Notes: generated from the letters alone by a model not told the origin. Shown: positions 1 to 9,765, counted from the first letter of the stretch. The stretch is 64,000 bases of DNA from Candidatus Thorarchaeota archaeon (GCA_019057475.1 DXJO01000020.1:96001-160000); one strand, 5' to 3'. Made by a program: numbers and translations.

Positions 1-261
1 AGTGTACAGGGAATGTCAAGAATACTGAGAACCATCCGGTACACTTTCTTTCCCCTCCTTGTTTCTGCATTGTCAAGAGTGGACGCTCTTTCCTTGTCTA
101 TGGATGGGCGAGGTTTCGGGCATAGCAGAACCCGGACCTATCTTCGCAAGTCCTGTTGGACTGCCCTTGATTCTGCAGTGCTTGTTCTATTGTCCACGCT
201 CCTGCTGGCATCCATTCTTCTAACACTGGGATTCCTCCCCCAGATATCTGCGATAATCTAG
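1..261 (+). CDS. ECF transporter transmembrane component T (EcfT/CbiQ), C-terminal part, truncated by window start
   Basis: PLLVSALSRVDALSLSMDGRGF resembles the EcfT conserved 'A..M..RGF' motif, followed by a terminal TM helix. Confidence 0.75.
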   Translation, partial: SVQGMSRILRTIRYTFFPLLVSALSRVDALSLSMDGRGFGHSRTRTYLRKSCWTALDSAVLVLLSTLLLASILLTLGFLPQISAII

Positions 262-273
262 ATCAATCCCAAA

Positions 274-864
274 CTAGGGCTGCAATAACGATTTTTCATG
301 TTCCGATTCCGGAACCAGCTCTTGGTTTGCGAGTGCTTCCAGCTTAGAATCTTCCTGACCTGTGCCTGCATCATCGACAACCTCAACTCCCAATCGTTTG
401 CAGACGTTCTTCAGAGTACCAATAGCTACTGAAGTCCAGCCAGTCACATCCAGTTCACCTGGTTTTGCGAGTTGTCGCGTCATGATGCTGAATGGATGGA
501 TATGCTCAGCAGTCAGTAGCCGTCCTACCACATCTATGATAATTATCCGATCCTCCGAATAGCACTGGGCGTATAGCATTACTAGTCGATCAACGGCTTC
601 GCTGGTACGTAGCGCAGCAAGAGCTCGTATTGATGCAAGCCATTCATCAAAATCATCTGAAACTGCAAGCTTCTCACAAAACTCGAGCATCTCCGGCTCA
701 TTTCTGCGGCCAAGCTCAATCATGGCAGGCTCTCTGAAGAGCAGGTGGATGCTTTTGTCACGGACTAATTCCCATAGCTGCGCACTGCTTGTTTGGGCAT
801 GTAAAGAGGTACGGTCAACATCCGATTGAGGACGCGAGTGCAGGCGCAGCCGTGGATGGTTCAT
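274..864 (-). CDS. Hypothetical protein with HEAT/alpha-solenoid-like helices
   Basis: 196-aa ORF; segments such as WLASIRALAALRTSEAVDRL resemble HEAT repeats. Confidence 0.5.
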   Translation of the reverse strand: MNHPRLRLHSRPQSDVDRTSLHAQTSSAQLWELVRDKSIHLLFREPAMIELGRRNEPEMLEFCEKLAVSDDFDEWLASIRALAALRTSEAVDRLVMLYAQCYSEDRIIIIDVVGRLLTAEHIHPFSIMTRQLAKPGELDVTGWTSVAIGTLKNVCKRLGVEVVDDAGTGQEDSKLEALANQELVPESEHEKSLLQP

Positions 865-942
865 GTATCAGCGTTCCGGGATTTCCTATTAAGGTCGTAA
901 AAGAGTGCAATTGCCCAATCATCGCACATCCATGATATCTAA

Positions 943-3111
943 TCAAAGAGATAGAATCTGACGCTCAATTGCTTCTCTAATCGAGTCAAGGGCTTCCTTC
1001 ATGCTCACACTTCTTCCTTCAGCATCGACGTTTGGATAATGCTTCGAATACTCTTCTAGGCATTTGCCGCAGGCCATCACAAAGATGTCGAGAGAATTGA
1101 ACATTTCTCCCTGTTCCTTGGCATTCTCAATCAGTTTCCATGACGCCTTCAAGATCTCTGCCTTGATTGATTTCCATGAACGCTCTGGGGGGTTTCGTCC
1201 TCTCTTTCGACAAACAAGGACCATATCCATCGTGATGTTCTTCATCTGATGGAGGTGCGTTGAAGCTCTCATCTCGCTTCTGACAGGATACGACGCGGAA
1301 ATGTAGAAACCAGAATTCAAGACGGCTTTTAAAACAAGAGCCCAAGCATCGCTTCTCTTGTGATGAAAAGTAAATACAAAAATGCCCTCGTCCTTTAGAA
1401 CCCGACAAGCTTCAGAAAACACCCGCGTAAGTCCTTCTACGAACTCCTCCTTTCCTTTCTTTTGAGCGCGATTCTCAATCACTTCTGCTTGCCACGGAAC
1501 GGTTTCCCCCTTGAAGTAATCATAGCTTGTTTTTAGAGCAATCCTGAGCCAGACGTAGAAGAAGTTCGAGAGCTCAGAGTACATCACGTTGCCTGCATAA
1601 GGTGGGTCGGTTATCACCGCATCCACGCTCTTACGGGGGATGTCTATAAATTCCGATGACCCACACTGAAGAAGCACACTGCCCGGCTCGTGGATGACAT
1701 CAAATGCCGTAGCGAGTTTTCCGATGATTGGTGTTTCAAACTGCACCTTTCTACTACCATCTTTCTCGATAACCCTTTCAAACGGCTGTCTACAGTATGC
1801 CTTTCCTTCCATTACAAGATTGACAAATGCAGTAAACGCACCCCTCCCCTTTGACGTATCGTAGCAATTTGCTTCGACCGGAGCCATTGAAGGCGAGTAT
1901 GAATGAGTCCTGAAGATGTCTGTTATGAATCCTCTAGTACTGTTGTATTTCGCGAACATGTTGTTATACTTCAGGCAATTCGAGAATGCAAGAAGGAGAA
2001 ACTCCTTGAGGTTCCAGTCCTCGACCCTCAAAATCCAATTAAGGATCTTTCCTAGATTCAGCAGCTGTCTCTCATTGAACAAATCCTTGAATCGGACGTA
2101 TCCATGGTTCAATGCTCTCTTTGTTTCAACTCCAAGAGGAATCGGAGTATCTGGGATTGGCAGCTGGTCCTTCAGCTTATCGAATTCCTGTTTAGCTGAT
2201 GCAAGAAGCTGAAGGTCCGCTGAGTCAGCAGTCTTGTATCCTCGGCCATTCATTAGCCTTGGATTATTAGTCAACTCGCATTGTGGACAATGGAATTCAA
2301 CAGCATACATCCGTTCATGGAGCGGACCATTCCTCCCAGTTGCTGTCACTATCTTGCCGCCCCTACAGCCATTATTGGGGCATTCGTATTTCCGTCTTCT
2401 TGCAGACGAGGTTGCTTTCGGAATGAATTCTGCTCCACATTTCGTGCATTTTGTCTTGATTTCCGCGTTTTTCGTCACAAAAACATCCCAACATTGTGGG
2501 CACACAATCACATCTCCTGTTTCAACTGGAGACCGGGCCAAGAAGTAATTCCGCATCAAAGGGATAGTGTGACCGCACTCAGTACACTCCAGCTCTTTGC
2601 AGTAGAAGTAGTATATCGCCTGTGCGGCGCTTCCGCAATCTGGGCACGTGGTCTTGTAGTACCTGCGCAGTTCGGTGCCAAGATCTCTCTCTAGCAAAGT
2701 AAGAGCGCGCTCGAGTTCCTCAGGATTGATGTCCTCAATCTGTTTCTTTACCACAAACCATGCGACTGGATTGAGGTCTCCAGCAACAACGCTGCAGCCA
2801 AATCGTAGAGCCTCCACGACGGTGGTTCCACCACCCATCATAGGATCAAGAATCACCTTGCTCGGGAGCTTGACATCCTGAGAGTAGAATTCCCAGAGCG
2901 AGTGAGGATCTAGATTCCAACCTTCTATCTGTTCATCTGCGAGGGTGTAGAGTATAATTGCACGAAAGACTGACCCAAGTCGCCTTGCCCACCACTTATG
3001 CATTGTATAAACGGGTCTGTAATGTCGTCTACCAAAGCCAGTGGACTCCTTCTCAGCAATCCTGTTTATCTCGGTTACTGGAAACGTGACCTCAATGGGT
3101 TTCTTCGGCAG
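943..3111 (-). CDS. DUF1156-family adenine-specific DNA methyltransferase with Zn-ribbon insert; start extended to CTG at 3111
   Basis: HKWWARR, LDPMMGGGT (motif I), DPPY (motif IV), multiple CxxC; frame is open upstream of the ATG and encodes the family-like N-terminus PIEVTFPVTEIN; GGAGG lies 7 nt before the CTG. Confidence 0.85.
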   Translation of the reverse strand: MPKKPIEVTFPVTEINRIAEKESTGFGRRHYRPVYTMHKWWARRLGSVFRAIILYTLADEQIEGWNLDPHSLWEFYSQDVKLPSKVILDPMMGGGTTVVEALRFGCSVVAGDLNPVAWFVVKKQIEDINPEELERALTLLERDLGTELRRYYKTTCPDCGSAAQAIYYFYCKELECTECGHTIPLMRNYFLARSPVETGDVIVCPQCWDVFVTKNAEIKTKCTKCGAEFIPKATSSARRRKYECPNNGCRGGKIVTATGRNGPLHERMYAVEFHCPQCELTNNPRLMNGRGYKTADSADLQLLASAKQEFDKLKDQLPIPDTPIPLGVETKRALNHGYVRFKDLFNERQLLNLGKILNWILRVEDWNLKEFLLLAFSNCLKYNNMFAKYNSTRGFITDIFRTHSYSPSMAPVEANCYDTSKGRGAFTAFVNLVMEGKAYCRQPFERVIEKDGSRKVQFETPIIGKLATAFDVIHEPGSVLLQCGSSEFIDIPRKSVDAVITDPPYAGNVMYSELSNFFYVWLRIALKTSYDYFKGETVPWQAEVIENRAQKKGKEEFVEGLTRVFSEACRVLKDEGIFVFTFHHKRSDAWALVLKAVLNSGFYISASYPVRSEMRASTHLHQMKNITMDMVLVCRKRGRNPPERSWKSIKAEILKASWKLIENAKEQGEMFNSLDIFVMACGKCLEEYSKHYPNVDAEGRSVSMKEALDSIREAIERQILSL

Positions 3112-3418
3112 GCTAGAGCCTCCTGTACATTAGGGGTGTGTGAGTAAGAAGCAGTCAGCCCTTTCAATATTCCGAGGTTGATTTGATTATCAGCAAACCC
3201 TTGTTAGGCCTGCTGAGTAATCCTTAGGCACTTGATGGCAGACAATACCTTAGCTGAGCTTCAGGTTACACTGGAGTATGATGGAAACGTCCGGCTGAGG
3301 GAGGGTGGAACACAGAAGCTTCTTGCAGTTGGGCTCACTCATCTCAGGAAACAGGTCAGGCCGGTTCGAATCCCCCTTGCTGAAGGGGCGGACCGAAACA
3401 AGCTTGAAGAAGGGAGAA

Positions 3419-3495
3419 TGGTCCGGATGGCCGGATTTTTCGGCGCACTATTCGCCTATAGCAGCGCAGAACTGGCAACCCATGGATCTACAGCC
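3419..3495 (-). pseudogene. tRNA-Tyr(GTA) 3' fragment (about positions 30-76) with a 30-nt T-loop intron and no 37/38 intron
   Basis: 3419-3438 matches 18/20 and 3469-3493 matches 24/25 to the spliced resident tRNA-Tyr; insert 3439-3468 forms a BHL-type structure; ends in ACCA. Confidence 0.85.
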
Positions 3496-3580
3496 TTTTA
3501 GAGGTCTAGAACATTGAGATGGCACATCAAATCTACTGACTGTTGGATATTAAAGAAAGATATCATACTATAAGTGGGAG

Positions 3581-4162
3581 TTGATAGTGAAACGCCTGTC
3601 ACGGTTTCAGTGGCTTCTTGTTGTAGGTTTGATATTGTTTCTCAGCGGGAATTTTCTACCAATACGATTTCCACTATGGAGCAGTCAGTATTCATTTGAA
3701 ATCGGTCCTTGGGATTCCAGTTCGGAGAGTGTCGATATTCCATTCAGTATATTCTATGGTGAATCTGTGAGAGTGATAGTTGAATTTGACAGCTCTGCGA
3801 CTCCTGATGATTGTTGGGTACGGGCGTTGGTGTACTATCAATATCCCACAAAAGTAATCTCTGATACGGCAATCCGTCTTGAAGGACAATGTGAAGTAAG
3901 CTTCACATTTGGCTGGGAAAATGTGCGCCTCATACCTGTCTTTGTCACTGGATTCACGGTTAGTCTATTCTATACTGGTACAGACAGTGTTTCGGTAGAT
4001 GTTGTTGTCACGAGTTTGGCAAACTTGGTCACTCTCACTGGCTTTGGATTCTTGGTCATTCTAGTCCTACCCATCTTGAAACCAGCAGTAATCAGTAGAT
4101 TTGGTAAACAGAGAAAGCAGCAAGATAGAGGAGTGGATAATGGTCGGGACGGCCGGATTTGA
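3581..4162 (+). CDS. Hypothetical membrane protein (N- and C-terminal TM helices, central beta-rich domain)
   Basis: Two hydrophobic segments; stop codon lies antisense within the tRNA-Tyr 3' end. Confidence 0.6.
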   Translation: MIVKRLSRFQWLLVVGLILFLSGNFLPIRFPLWSSQYSFEIGPWDSSSESVDIPFSIFYGESVRVIVEFDSSATPDDCWVRALVYYQYPTKVISDTAIRLEGQCEVSFTFGWENVRLIPVFVTGFTVSLFYTGTDSVSVDVVVTSLANLVTLTGFGFLVILVLPILKPAVISRFGKQRKQQDRGVDNGRDGRI

Positions 4163-4248
4163 ACCGGCAACCCATGGATCTCTCCAGACAACAACCGAAG
4201 CTGTTGCCCGCTACAGTCCATTGCTCTGCCAGGTTGAGCTACATCCCG
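4141..4248 (-). tRNA. tRNA-Tyr(GTA) with 31-nt intron at 37/38 (4180-4210), encoded CCA
   Basis: Cloverleaf, C1-G72, A73, anticodon arm ATGGA-CTGTAG^A-TCCAT, intron hairpin with UUCG loop. Confidence 0.95.
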
Positions 4249-4403
4249 ATGTTCGGAGCGAGTCCTGCATGGTTCTGAATAAAAGCATTGCTGCATAAGC
4301 TAATCGCTCTTGCTCATTTTCTTTCACAAACGTTGTCTTCAGCATTCAACTCTTGATTTCAATATTCTCCGTGTCTGCAATCTTGAAAGATTTTTGTATA
4401 CTA

Positions 4404-4940
4404 CTAACTCAGGAATTCTGTCACATCATTGACAGATAATCTAGGTCTAGGTTTTGGATTTGCATCTGACCATCCCACAGTTATTGCCGCAAGTAGTTTC
4501 CAAGGTTTCTTGAAATAGTCAACGATACCTTCAGATGTATAAAGGATATCCCCAATCCAACAGGTTCCAAGTCCAAGTGCATGAGCTTTCAATAATAGAT
4601 TTTGAATTGCTGCAGATACACTGTGAATCTCAGTGGACCATCCGAGCTTGTTCGTATTCCAAACCACAATGACCACTGGAGCTTCTTTCATCATTGTGCA
4701 TGAGCCATATGAAGAACCCACATCAAAGGTTAGTTTGTCAAGTTCACTTCTGTACATGTCCGTAAATTTGTCCTTAGATTCACCAGTAAGCACAGTGAAT
4801 CTCCATTGCTGACCATTCTTGGCACTGGGCGCGAATGTTGCCGCTTCGATAATTTCTCTGACTAAATCCTCCTTTACTTCATCTTTCTTGTATGTTCTAA
4901 TACTTCGACGTCCCTTGATAGCCTCATCAATACTCATCAT
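4404..4940 (-). CDS. Nitroreductase family protein
   Basis: RRSIR, APSAKNGQQWRF, QNLLLKAHALGLGTCW motifs. Confidence 0.9.
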   Translation of the reverse strand: MMSIDEAIKGRRSIRTYKKDEVKEDLVREIIEAATFAPSAKNGQQWRFTVLTGESKDKFTDMYRSELDKLTFDVGSSYGSCTMMKEAPVVIVVWNTNKLGWSTEIHSVSAAIQNLLLKAHALGLGTCWIGDILYTSEGIVDYFKKPWKLLAAITVGWSDANPKPRPRLSVNDVTEFLS

Positions 4941-4941
4941 G

Positions 4942-5928
4942 TCATTCAACACCTTCAGGAAGATGAACCAAGAAACTGCACTCCAAGTCGCCTTTGAGCA
5001 CTGACTTTACAACTTCCACTTCCAAGGGCTGATCCAAAGCTACCTCCCAAGGCTGCTTAGTGAAACCTGCACTACAATAGCAAAATGTGGGCGAAACCTC
5101 GATATCTCCAGCCTTGATAGATTCTCTGGCCCATGGACAGTGACAGCAATAGTATCGTTTCATCATCTCGTCAGTTTCTGCAAGATACTCCTTGGTCATA
5201 TATGGAATCTTTGTGTGATAGATTATGTTACCTTTTCGCACACCGGTCAGAATTTCCGGTCGGCTCTTAACGAAGTCAATCACCTCATCAGTAATCTCTT
5301 GATTGAAGAAAGGCGTCCCCTCATCCCTATGCTTCTCCAACTGAGCAATCGCCTTCGCTCGCCTTCTTTCTAGGTATTCATCGATATTCTTAGCCTTGAG
5401 GTATTCGTGTCTCTTCTCGAGATGGTACTCCTTTGGTATCCCATGGGCAACTTCAGACAGGACTTTCTTGCACGTTTCAGCGTCAACTACGGCTTCCAGC
5501 TTATCCATTACAGCTTGTGTGATCTTGGGTTTCTGAGAGGGCGGCAAACCCAGCGGCGGCAGTTCGATTCCATTGAAGACTTCATCCCGTTTCTCTTCGC
5601 CAGCAATAACACCCAGCTTCTCATAGAGTACGTCTATGACATCGCCTCCATCGATCAACCCAAGAAACGACACGTAGATGTCATTATTCTTCACAAAGAG
5701 TCCATATCCAGTCAATGCAGCAAGGTTGTCGTATGTATTCGCTCCTTCTTTGATTAGCACGGTCGAGAACTTCACTACCTCTTCTGATGTCGCTGACTCG
5801 AGCGTCTTTGGCTGGTCAAGGCTTTTCAGGAAGTCTTCGAACTTCTCTGCGATTGAGATAGACTGCATAGTCTGATCTTCAGAGCCTTTTCGTTCTTGTA
5901 GAAATCTACGAAATCCTTCTTTGTCCAA
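4942..5928 (-). CDS. Cys-rich conserved protein (DUF6144-like C-terminal domain)
   Basis: YCCHCPW...FCYCSAGF...VKSVLKGDLEC pattern. Confidence 0.6.
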   Translation of the reverse strand: MDKEGFRRFLQERKGSEDQTMQSISIAEKFEDFLKSLDQPKTLESATSEEVVKFSTVLIKEGANTYDNLAALTGYGLFVKNNDIYVSFLGLIDGGDVIDVLYEKLGVIAGEEKRDEVFNGIELPPLGLPPSQKPKITQAVMDKLEAVVDAETCKKVLSEVAHGIPKEYHLEKRHEYLKAKNIDEYLERRRAKAIAQLEKHRDEGTPFFNQEITDEVIDFVKSRPEILTGVRKGNIIYHTKIPYMTKEYLAETDEMMKRYYCCHCPWARESIKAGDIEVSPTFCYCSAGFTKQPWEVALDQPLEVEVVKSVLKGDLECSFLVHLPEGVE

Positions 5929-6096
5929 CTGTTTTACCTTCCATCTGGGCCTGCTGGCACCCTATTTGCCCTAATCAAGACAAGGGTCATAGCAAGTCTG
6001 GATAGGTCGGAACAAAGGTTTCCAGCCCGAGATATTTCTAGCACTTATGCCAGTATTACTAGGAGTTTTAGTACTCAACTCAGACACGCATTACTG

Positions 6097-6396
6097 GTGG
6101 AAAGCCATTTGAGAGCAATAGAGAATAAGGTCAAGCGTGGTCTCCGTGAGAAGGGCATTCCATGTCAATCGGCCTTCAGAATGCCAGACATGGAGGATTA
6201 CAGAGTCTTGCTCTCTTTCAATTCAAAGGACAGTCAACGCCTAACAACCATGAGAATAAAGAGGGCACTCAACTCTCTTGGTATCGGGGAGTTCAAAGTG
6301 CCTACAGACTTTCGAAGACTGAGCGCATCATTCCTACACCTCGAGGTTGTGCTTGGGGCACGTACGGAGCGTTCAATCACACCAACTGCACGCTAG
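6097..6396 (+). CDS. Small basic hypothetical protein
   Basis: 99-aa ORF filling the intergenic space; no motif recognised. Confidence 0.5.
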   Translation: MESHLRAIENKVKRGLREKGIPCQSAFRMPDMEDYRVLLSFNSKDSQRLTTMRIKRALNSLGIGEFKVPTDFRRLSASFLHLEVVLGARTERSITPTAR

Positions 6397-6455
6397 ATGA
6401 CTTCCGTAGCAGTGATATAGCACCTGTTTTTAGGATGCATTGGTGAAGCAAAGTC

Positions 6456-7223
6456 ATGGATCTTGGATTGAAGAACAAGACCATTCTTGTAACCGCTGCT
6501 TCTCGTGGTCTTGGCTACGGGGCAGCTAAGGCACTTGTTGAAGAGGGTGCCAAAGTCATAATTTGCGGGCGAACCGAAGAATCTCTGAAGAACGCTATTG
6601 CATCATTGGGTCCCAATTCACAATACTTCGTGGCTGATGTCTCCAAATCAGAAGATATCACAGAACTGATCGGTCACGTGAAACAAGCCACTCCGAAGCT
6701 AGACGGCCTATTTGTAAACGCCGGCGGTCCTCCTCCTGGGGCCTTCTCGGACCTATCTGATGAGCATTGGAAATCAGCATTCGAGCTCACTCTGATGAGC
6801 TCTGTTAGACTGACTCGGGAATCTCTCCCACTCCTACGAAATTCGGACTCGCCATCCATTCTATACAGCACCTCAATTTCAGTCAAGGAGCCAATCCAGA
6901 ACCTATTACTCTCAAACGCAATACGTCCTGCGGTTGTTGGAATGATGCGTACAATATCCGATGAAATCGGACCTGAGGGCATCCGTGTCAATGCAATCTG
7001 TCCAGGTTATGTCTACACCAAGCGAGTAGACGAGCTTCTGGCCAAGTCAAAGGAAGGAGGACCTTCCGCCAAGGATGCAATCGAAGCAAGGATTCCTCTG
7101 AAGCGGATGGGCACTCCGGAGGAGTTCGGAGCAGTTTGCGCCTTTCTACTCAGTCCAATGGCAAGCTATGTGCACGGAGCGCTACTACTGGTCGATGGCG
7201 GGCTCTATAGAGGCATGATGTAA
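6456..7223 (+). CDS. Short-chain dehydrogenase/reductase (SDR)
   Basis: TAASRGLG, NAGGPPPG, IRVNAICPG, VDGG motifs. Confidence 0.9.
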   Translation: MDLGLKNKTILVTAASRGLGYGAAKALVEEGAKVIICGRTEESLKNAIASLGPNSQYFVADVSKSEDITELIGHVKQATPKLDGLFVNAGGPPPGAFSDLSDEHWKSAFELTLMSSVRLTRESLPLLRNSDSPSILYSTSISVKEPIQNLLLSNAIRPAVVGMMRTISDEIGPEGIRVNAICPGYVYTKRVDELLAKSKEGGPSAKDAIEARIPLKRMGTPEEFGAVCAFLLSPMASYVHGALLLVDGGLYRGMM

Positions 7224-7228
7224 CTTGA

Positions 7229-8206
7229 TTACAGGCTGAGCCCAAATTCGGTCGGGTCACCTCGGCCAAGAATCAATAGGGCCTTCTTTGCGTAATTGCG
7301 GACCTGCTCATCGGAATCATTTAGCAGTATTTCTAAACTTGCAGCTGCAGGTGGGTAGGGCGATACGCCCATAGCCCAAGCAGCGCTTCGTCTAACATCA
7401 GTTTCAGATGATGTCAGTCGCTCTGCAATTGCTCTAAGGATTATTTCGGACCGTTTCTCAACCAACAGGCGAATCATCCTGACTTGCTCATCTGGAACTG
7501 TGCTTCGCATTACATCCGCTAGTCCCTGCAATGCATGCAAGTCATTCATGTCTCTCAATCCCCGAATCGCCCAATCGCGGACTTGTTCATCATCATCTTC
7601 CAGTGCAGCAAACAAACAATTCACAGAATCTGGGGAACCAATGGTGCTAAGTGCCCATGCGCCCGACTGACGAATTGCAACCTCGGAATCGCCGAGAAGT
7701 GCACAGAGAGCTCCAATACTTTCGCTATCTTCTATCTTCGTCAGGACATACACTGCTTCCTTGCGGAGATTTACATCCTCTGACGAATCTCTAGCAATGT
7801 GTCTCAGCACTCGACCGTATCTCTTGGAATCAGTGCTTGCGAGAATATGAACTGCCCATTTTCTCGCCTGAAACTCCCCGTCCCTATCATTGAGAATCTG
7901 CAGAACCCGATCATTAAGTGAGTCCACTCTGGTCCTGTAGCCTGCTTGAAGCCCCTGCAAACGCACTTTCGGGTCTTGGTCAACAATAGCCAGTTCAACG
8001 ACCATAGTGGCTAACTTGTCGTTCAGAAGGTCAATCAGATCAATTATTCGATATCTTATGTCAGATGTAGTGGCACCCTTCTTCTCTGTGAAGACATCCG
8101 TAAGGAATTCTTCAAACGCTTCCGGGTGCATGTTCATGTACTCTGCAATCTCGCGACGCTTGGTTGCGTCGTAGTCATCCCCTAGGAGTCTTAGCACTGC
8201 AGTCAC
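7229..8206 (-). CDS. HEAT-repeat (PBS lyase-like) protein
   Basis: Repeated D....VR..AA.AL units. Confidence 0.85.
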   Translation of the reverse strand: MTAVLRLLGDDYDATKRREIAEYMNMHPEAFEEFLTDVFTEKKGATTSDIRYRIIDLIDLLNDKLATMVVELAIVDQDPKVRLQGLQAGYRTRVDSLNDRVLQILNDRDGEFQARKWAVHILASTDSKRYGRVLRHIARDSSEDVNLRKEAVYVLTKIEDSESIGALCALLGDSEVAIRQSGAWALSTIGSPDSVNCLFAALEDDDEQVRDWAIRGLRDMNDLHALQGLADVMRSTVPDEQVRMIRLLVEKRSEIILRAIAERLTSSETDVRRSAAWAMGVSPYPPAAASLEILLNDSDEQVRNYAKKALLILGRGDPTEFGLSL

Positions 8207-8255
8207 AATCCTATCAGCAATGATGCGCCCTTGTTACCTTTTCTCTCATAGCATG

Positions 8256-9260
8256 TTAGTATATCTTGAATGCATCGGCATGTGGCTGTTTCCACTGCTT
8301 CTTGCTTGAATCGAATTTCAAGACCGTATGATACGCCGCCATCTGGAGAGCAATTGCATTTGGTATAGTCTGTGCAAGTGATGTCAACAGTTCTAGATCA
8401 TCATCAGCGTAGAGATGATATGCTTGCATTTTGAGGGTCTTCGTGAGGACGTTCATATACGACACATCATCAGGAGCGACCGGATTGTCAGAAACCAGCA
8501 CTGCGCGATCATCATCGTTAATTGAGAGGGCGTAGTGATGCTGAACCTCTTCCCGTCTACCCAAGATACTCTTCATCAGGGAATACTCATTGAACTTCAT
8601 ATGGCCAATCATCGCTGCAACATAGTTTGGCCCCTCTGATATTAGATAAATGGGTCTTCCAACGTCTATCATCTCAAGAATGGCACTTCCCTTTCTATCA
8701 GCCCAGTCAACAATTTTCTTGCCAAGTGTTTCCAATCGCGTCACGTCATGGTGGAATTGCTCGTCTGCCGCATTTGCCAATCCCCCTGCTACCTTGAGCA
8801 GATAGGCCATGGCGGTGGTTGTGGGCGAAGATGGGCTAATGTTATACGAATTCACCCCGGAACGAGTGATCCAAGCTCGATCAGCGCTCTCCACAGCCTT
8901 TCCCTCCGGGTCATCCGTGAGCACAACAGTCGTGGCTCCTTTCGATTTGGCCAGGTCCAATGCAGCAATCGTGGCAAGACTTCGTCCAGATGCCGTGATC
9001 CCGATGACCACACTCCTCTTATCCAGTGCAATGTGCGACATCTCTGTCGGGGACAAGGATATCGCATTGAGTCCAGCCTTGAGAAATGCCCACTTCCCGT
9101 ACTCAGCTGCTGCGTACGAATCACCGCAGCCTACAAGTACGATGCGCTTTCCATCATTGATGATATCTGTTTCTTCGAGGTCAACACTTGCAAGTGTTTC
9201 AGGTATCGCTTTCCCCTGCTTTTTGATTGCGCCGTAGCATGCATCCAAGAATTTAGTCAT
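8256..9260 (-). CDS. Double SIS-domain sugar-phosphate isomerase/deglycase-like protein
   Basis: LVGCGDSY and GITASGRS SIS motifs. Confidence 0.8.
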   Translation of the reverse strand: MTKFLDACYGAIKKQGKAIPETLASVDLEETDIINDGKRIVLVGCGDSYAAAEYGKWAFLKAGLNAISLSPTEMSHIALDKRSVVIGITASGRSLATIAALDLAKSKGATTVVLTDDPEGKAVESADRAWITRSGVNSYNISPSSPTTTAMAYLLKVAGGLANAADEQFHHDVTRLETLGKKIVDWADRKGSAILEMIDVGRPIYLISEGPNYVAAMIGHMKFNEYSLMKSILGRREEVQHHYALSINDDDRAVLVSDNPVAPDDVSYMNVLTKTLKMQAYHLYADDDLELLTSLAQTIPNAIALQMAAYHTVLKFDSSKKQWKQPHADAFKIY

Positions 9261-9285
9261 TTGACACTCATTCCTCGTCCTAACT

Positions 9286-9765
9286 TCACATCATGTTGAC
9301 ATTGGGGGCATTGTAACCCAGTTGTCTGAGCAGCCCTACCACTAGTCCCCTGTGATGGGTTTCATGCGTTGCGAGATGCACAAGCGCCTTGGCTACAGTG
9401 AAACTCACAGTCACATCTCCCCACGTAACACTCCTGACGTGTTGGAGCACTCTCTCATTCTGCTCTCTCAAGAACTCTCTGGTTTTCGTTTCCACACTCT
9501 TCCATGCTTCCCGAATACTCTCAGCATCTGCATAGTCCTTGGAGAAGATCTGTTCCGTGGCGATTCCTCTAAGAACATGATCAATCCAATAAATCTCTGT
9601 GTTCACAAGATGTATGAGGATGTCACGTATCGAGTTTCTACCAACACCAAGGTCCTTTGTGAACTCCTCTTGAGAGAGATGTTTCACAGCTTCTAGAAGC
9701 GGCTCCCTGGAGGCAAAGTTGTGCTCCAAGAGCATCTCGATACAAGACAACATGATAGGCAGCAC
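9286..9765 (-). CDS. DinB/YfiT family protein
   Basis: SIRDILIH and HETHHRG metal-binding motifs. Confidence 0.85.
   Translation of the reverse strand: MLPIMLSCIEMLLEHNFASREPLLEAVKHLSQEEFTKDLGVGRNSIRDILIHLVNTEIYWIDHVLRGIATEQIFSKDYADAESIREAWKSVETKTREFLREQNERVLQHVRSVTWGDVTVSFTVAKALVHLATHETHHRGLVVGLLRQLGYNAPNVNMM

Noticed and set aside
3363-3394. GGTTCGAATCC T-loop-like motif within a GC hairpin
   Set aside because: The T-stem does not pair and no acceptor, D or anticodon arm can be built; not a tRNA or a permuted 5' half.
3232-3501. 89-aa + strand ORF
   Set aside because: Its last third is the antisense of the tRNA-Tyr fragment and no motif is recognisable; probably spurious.
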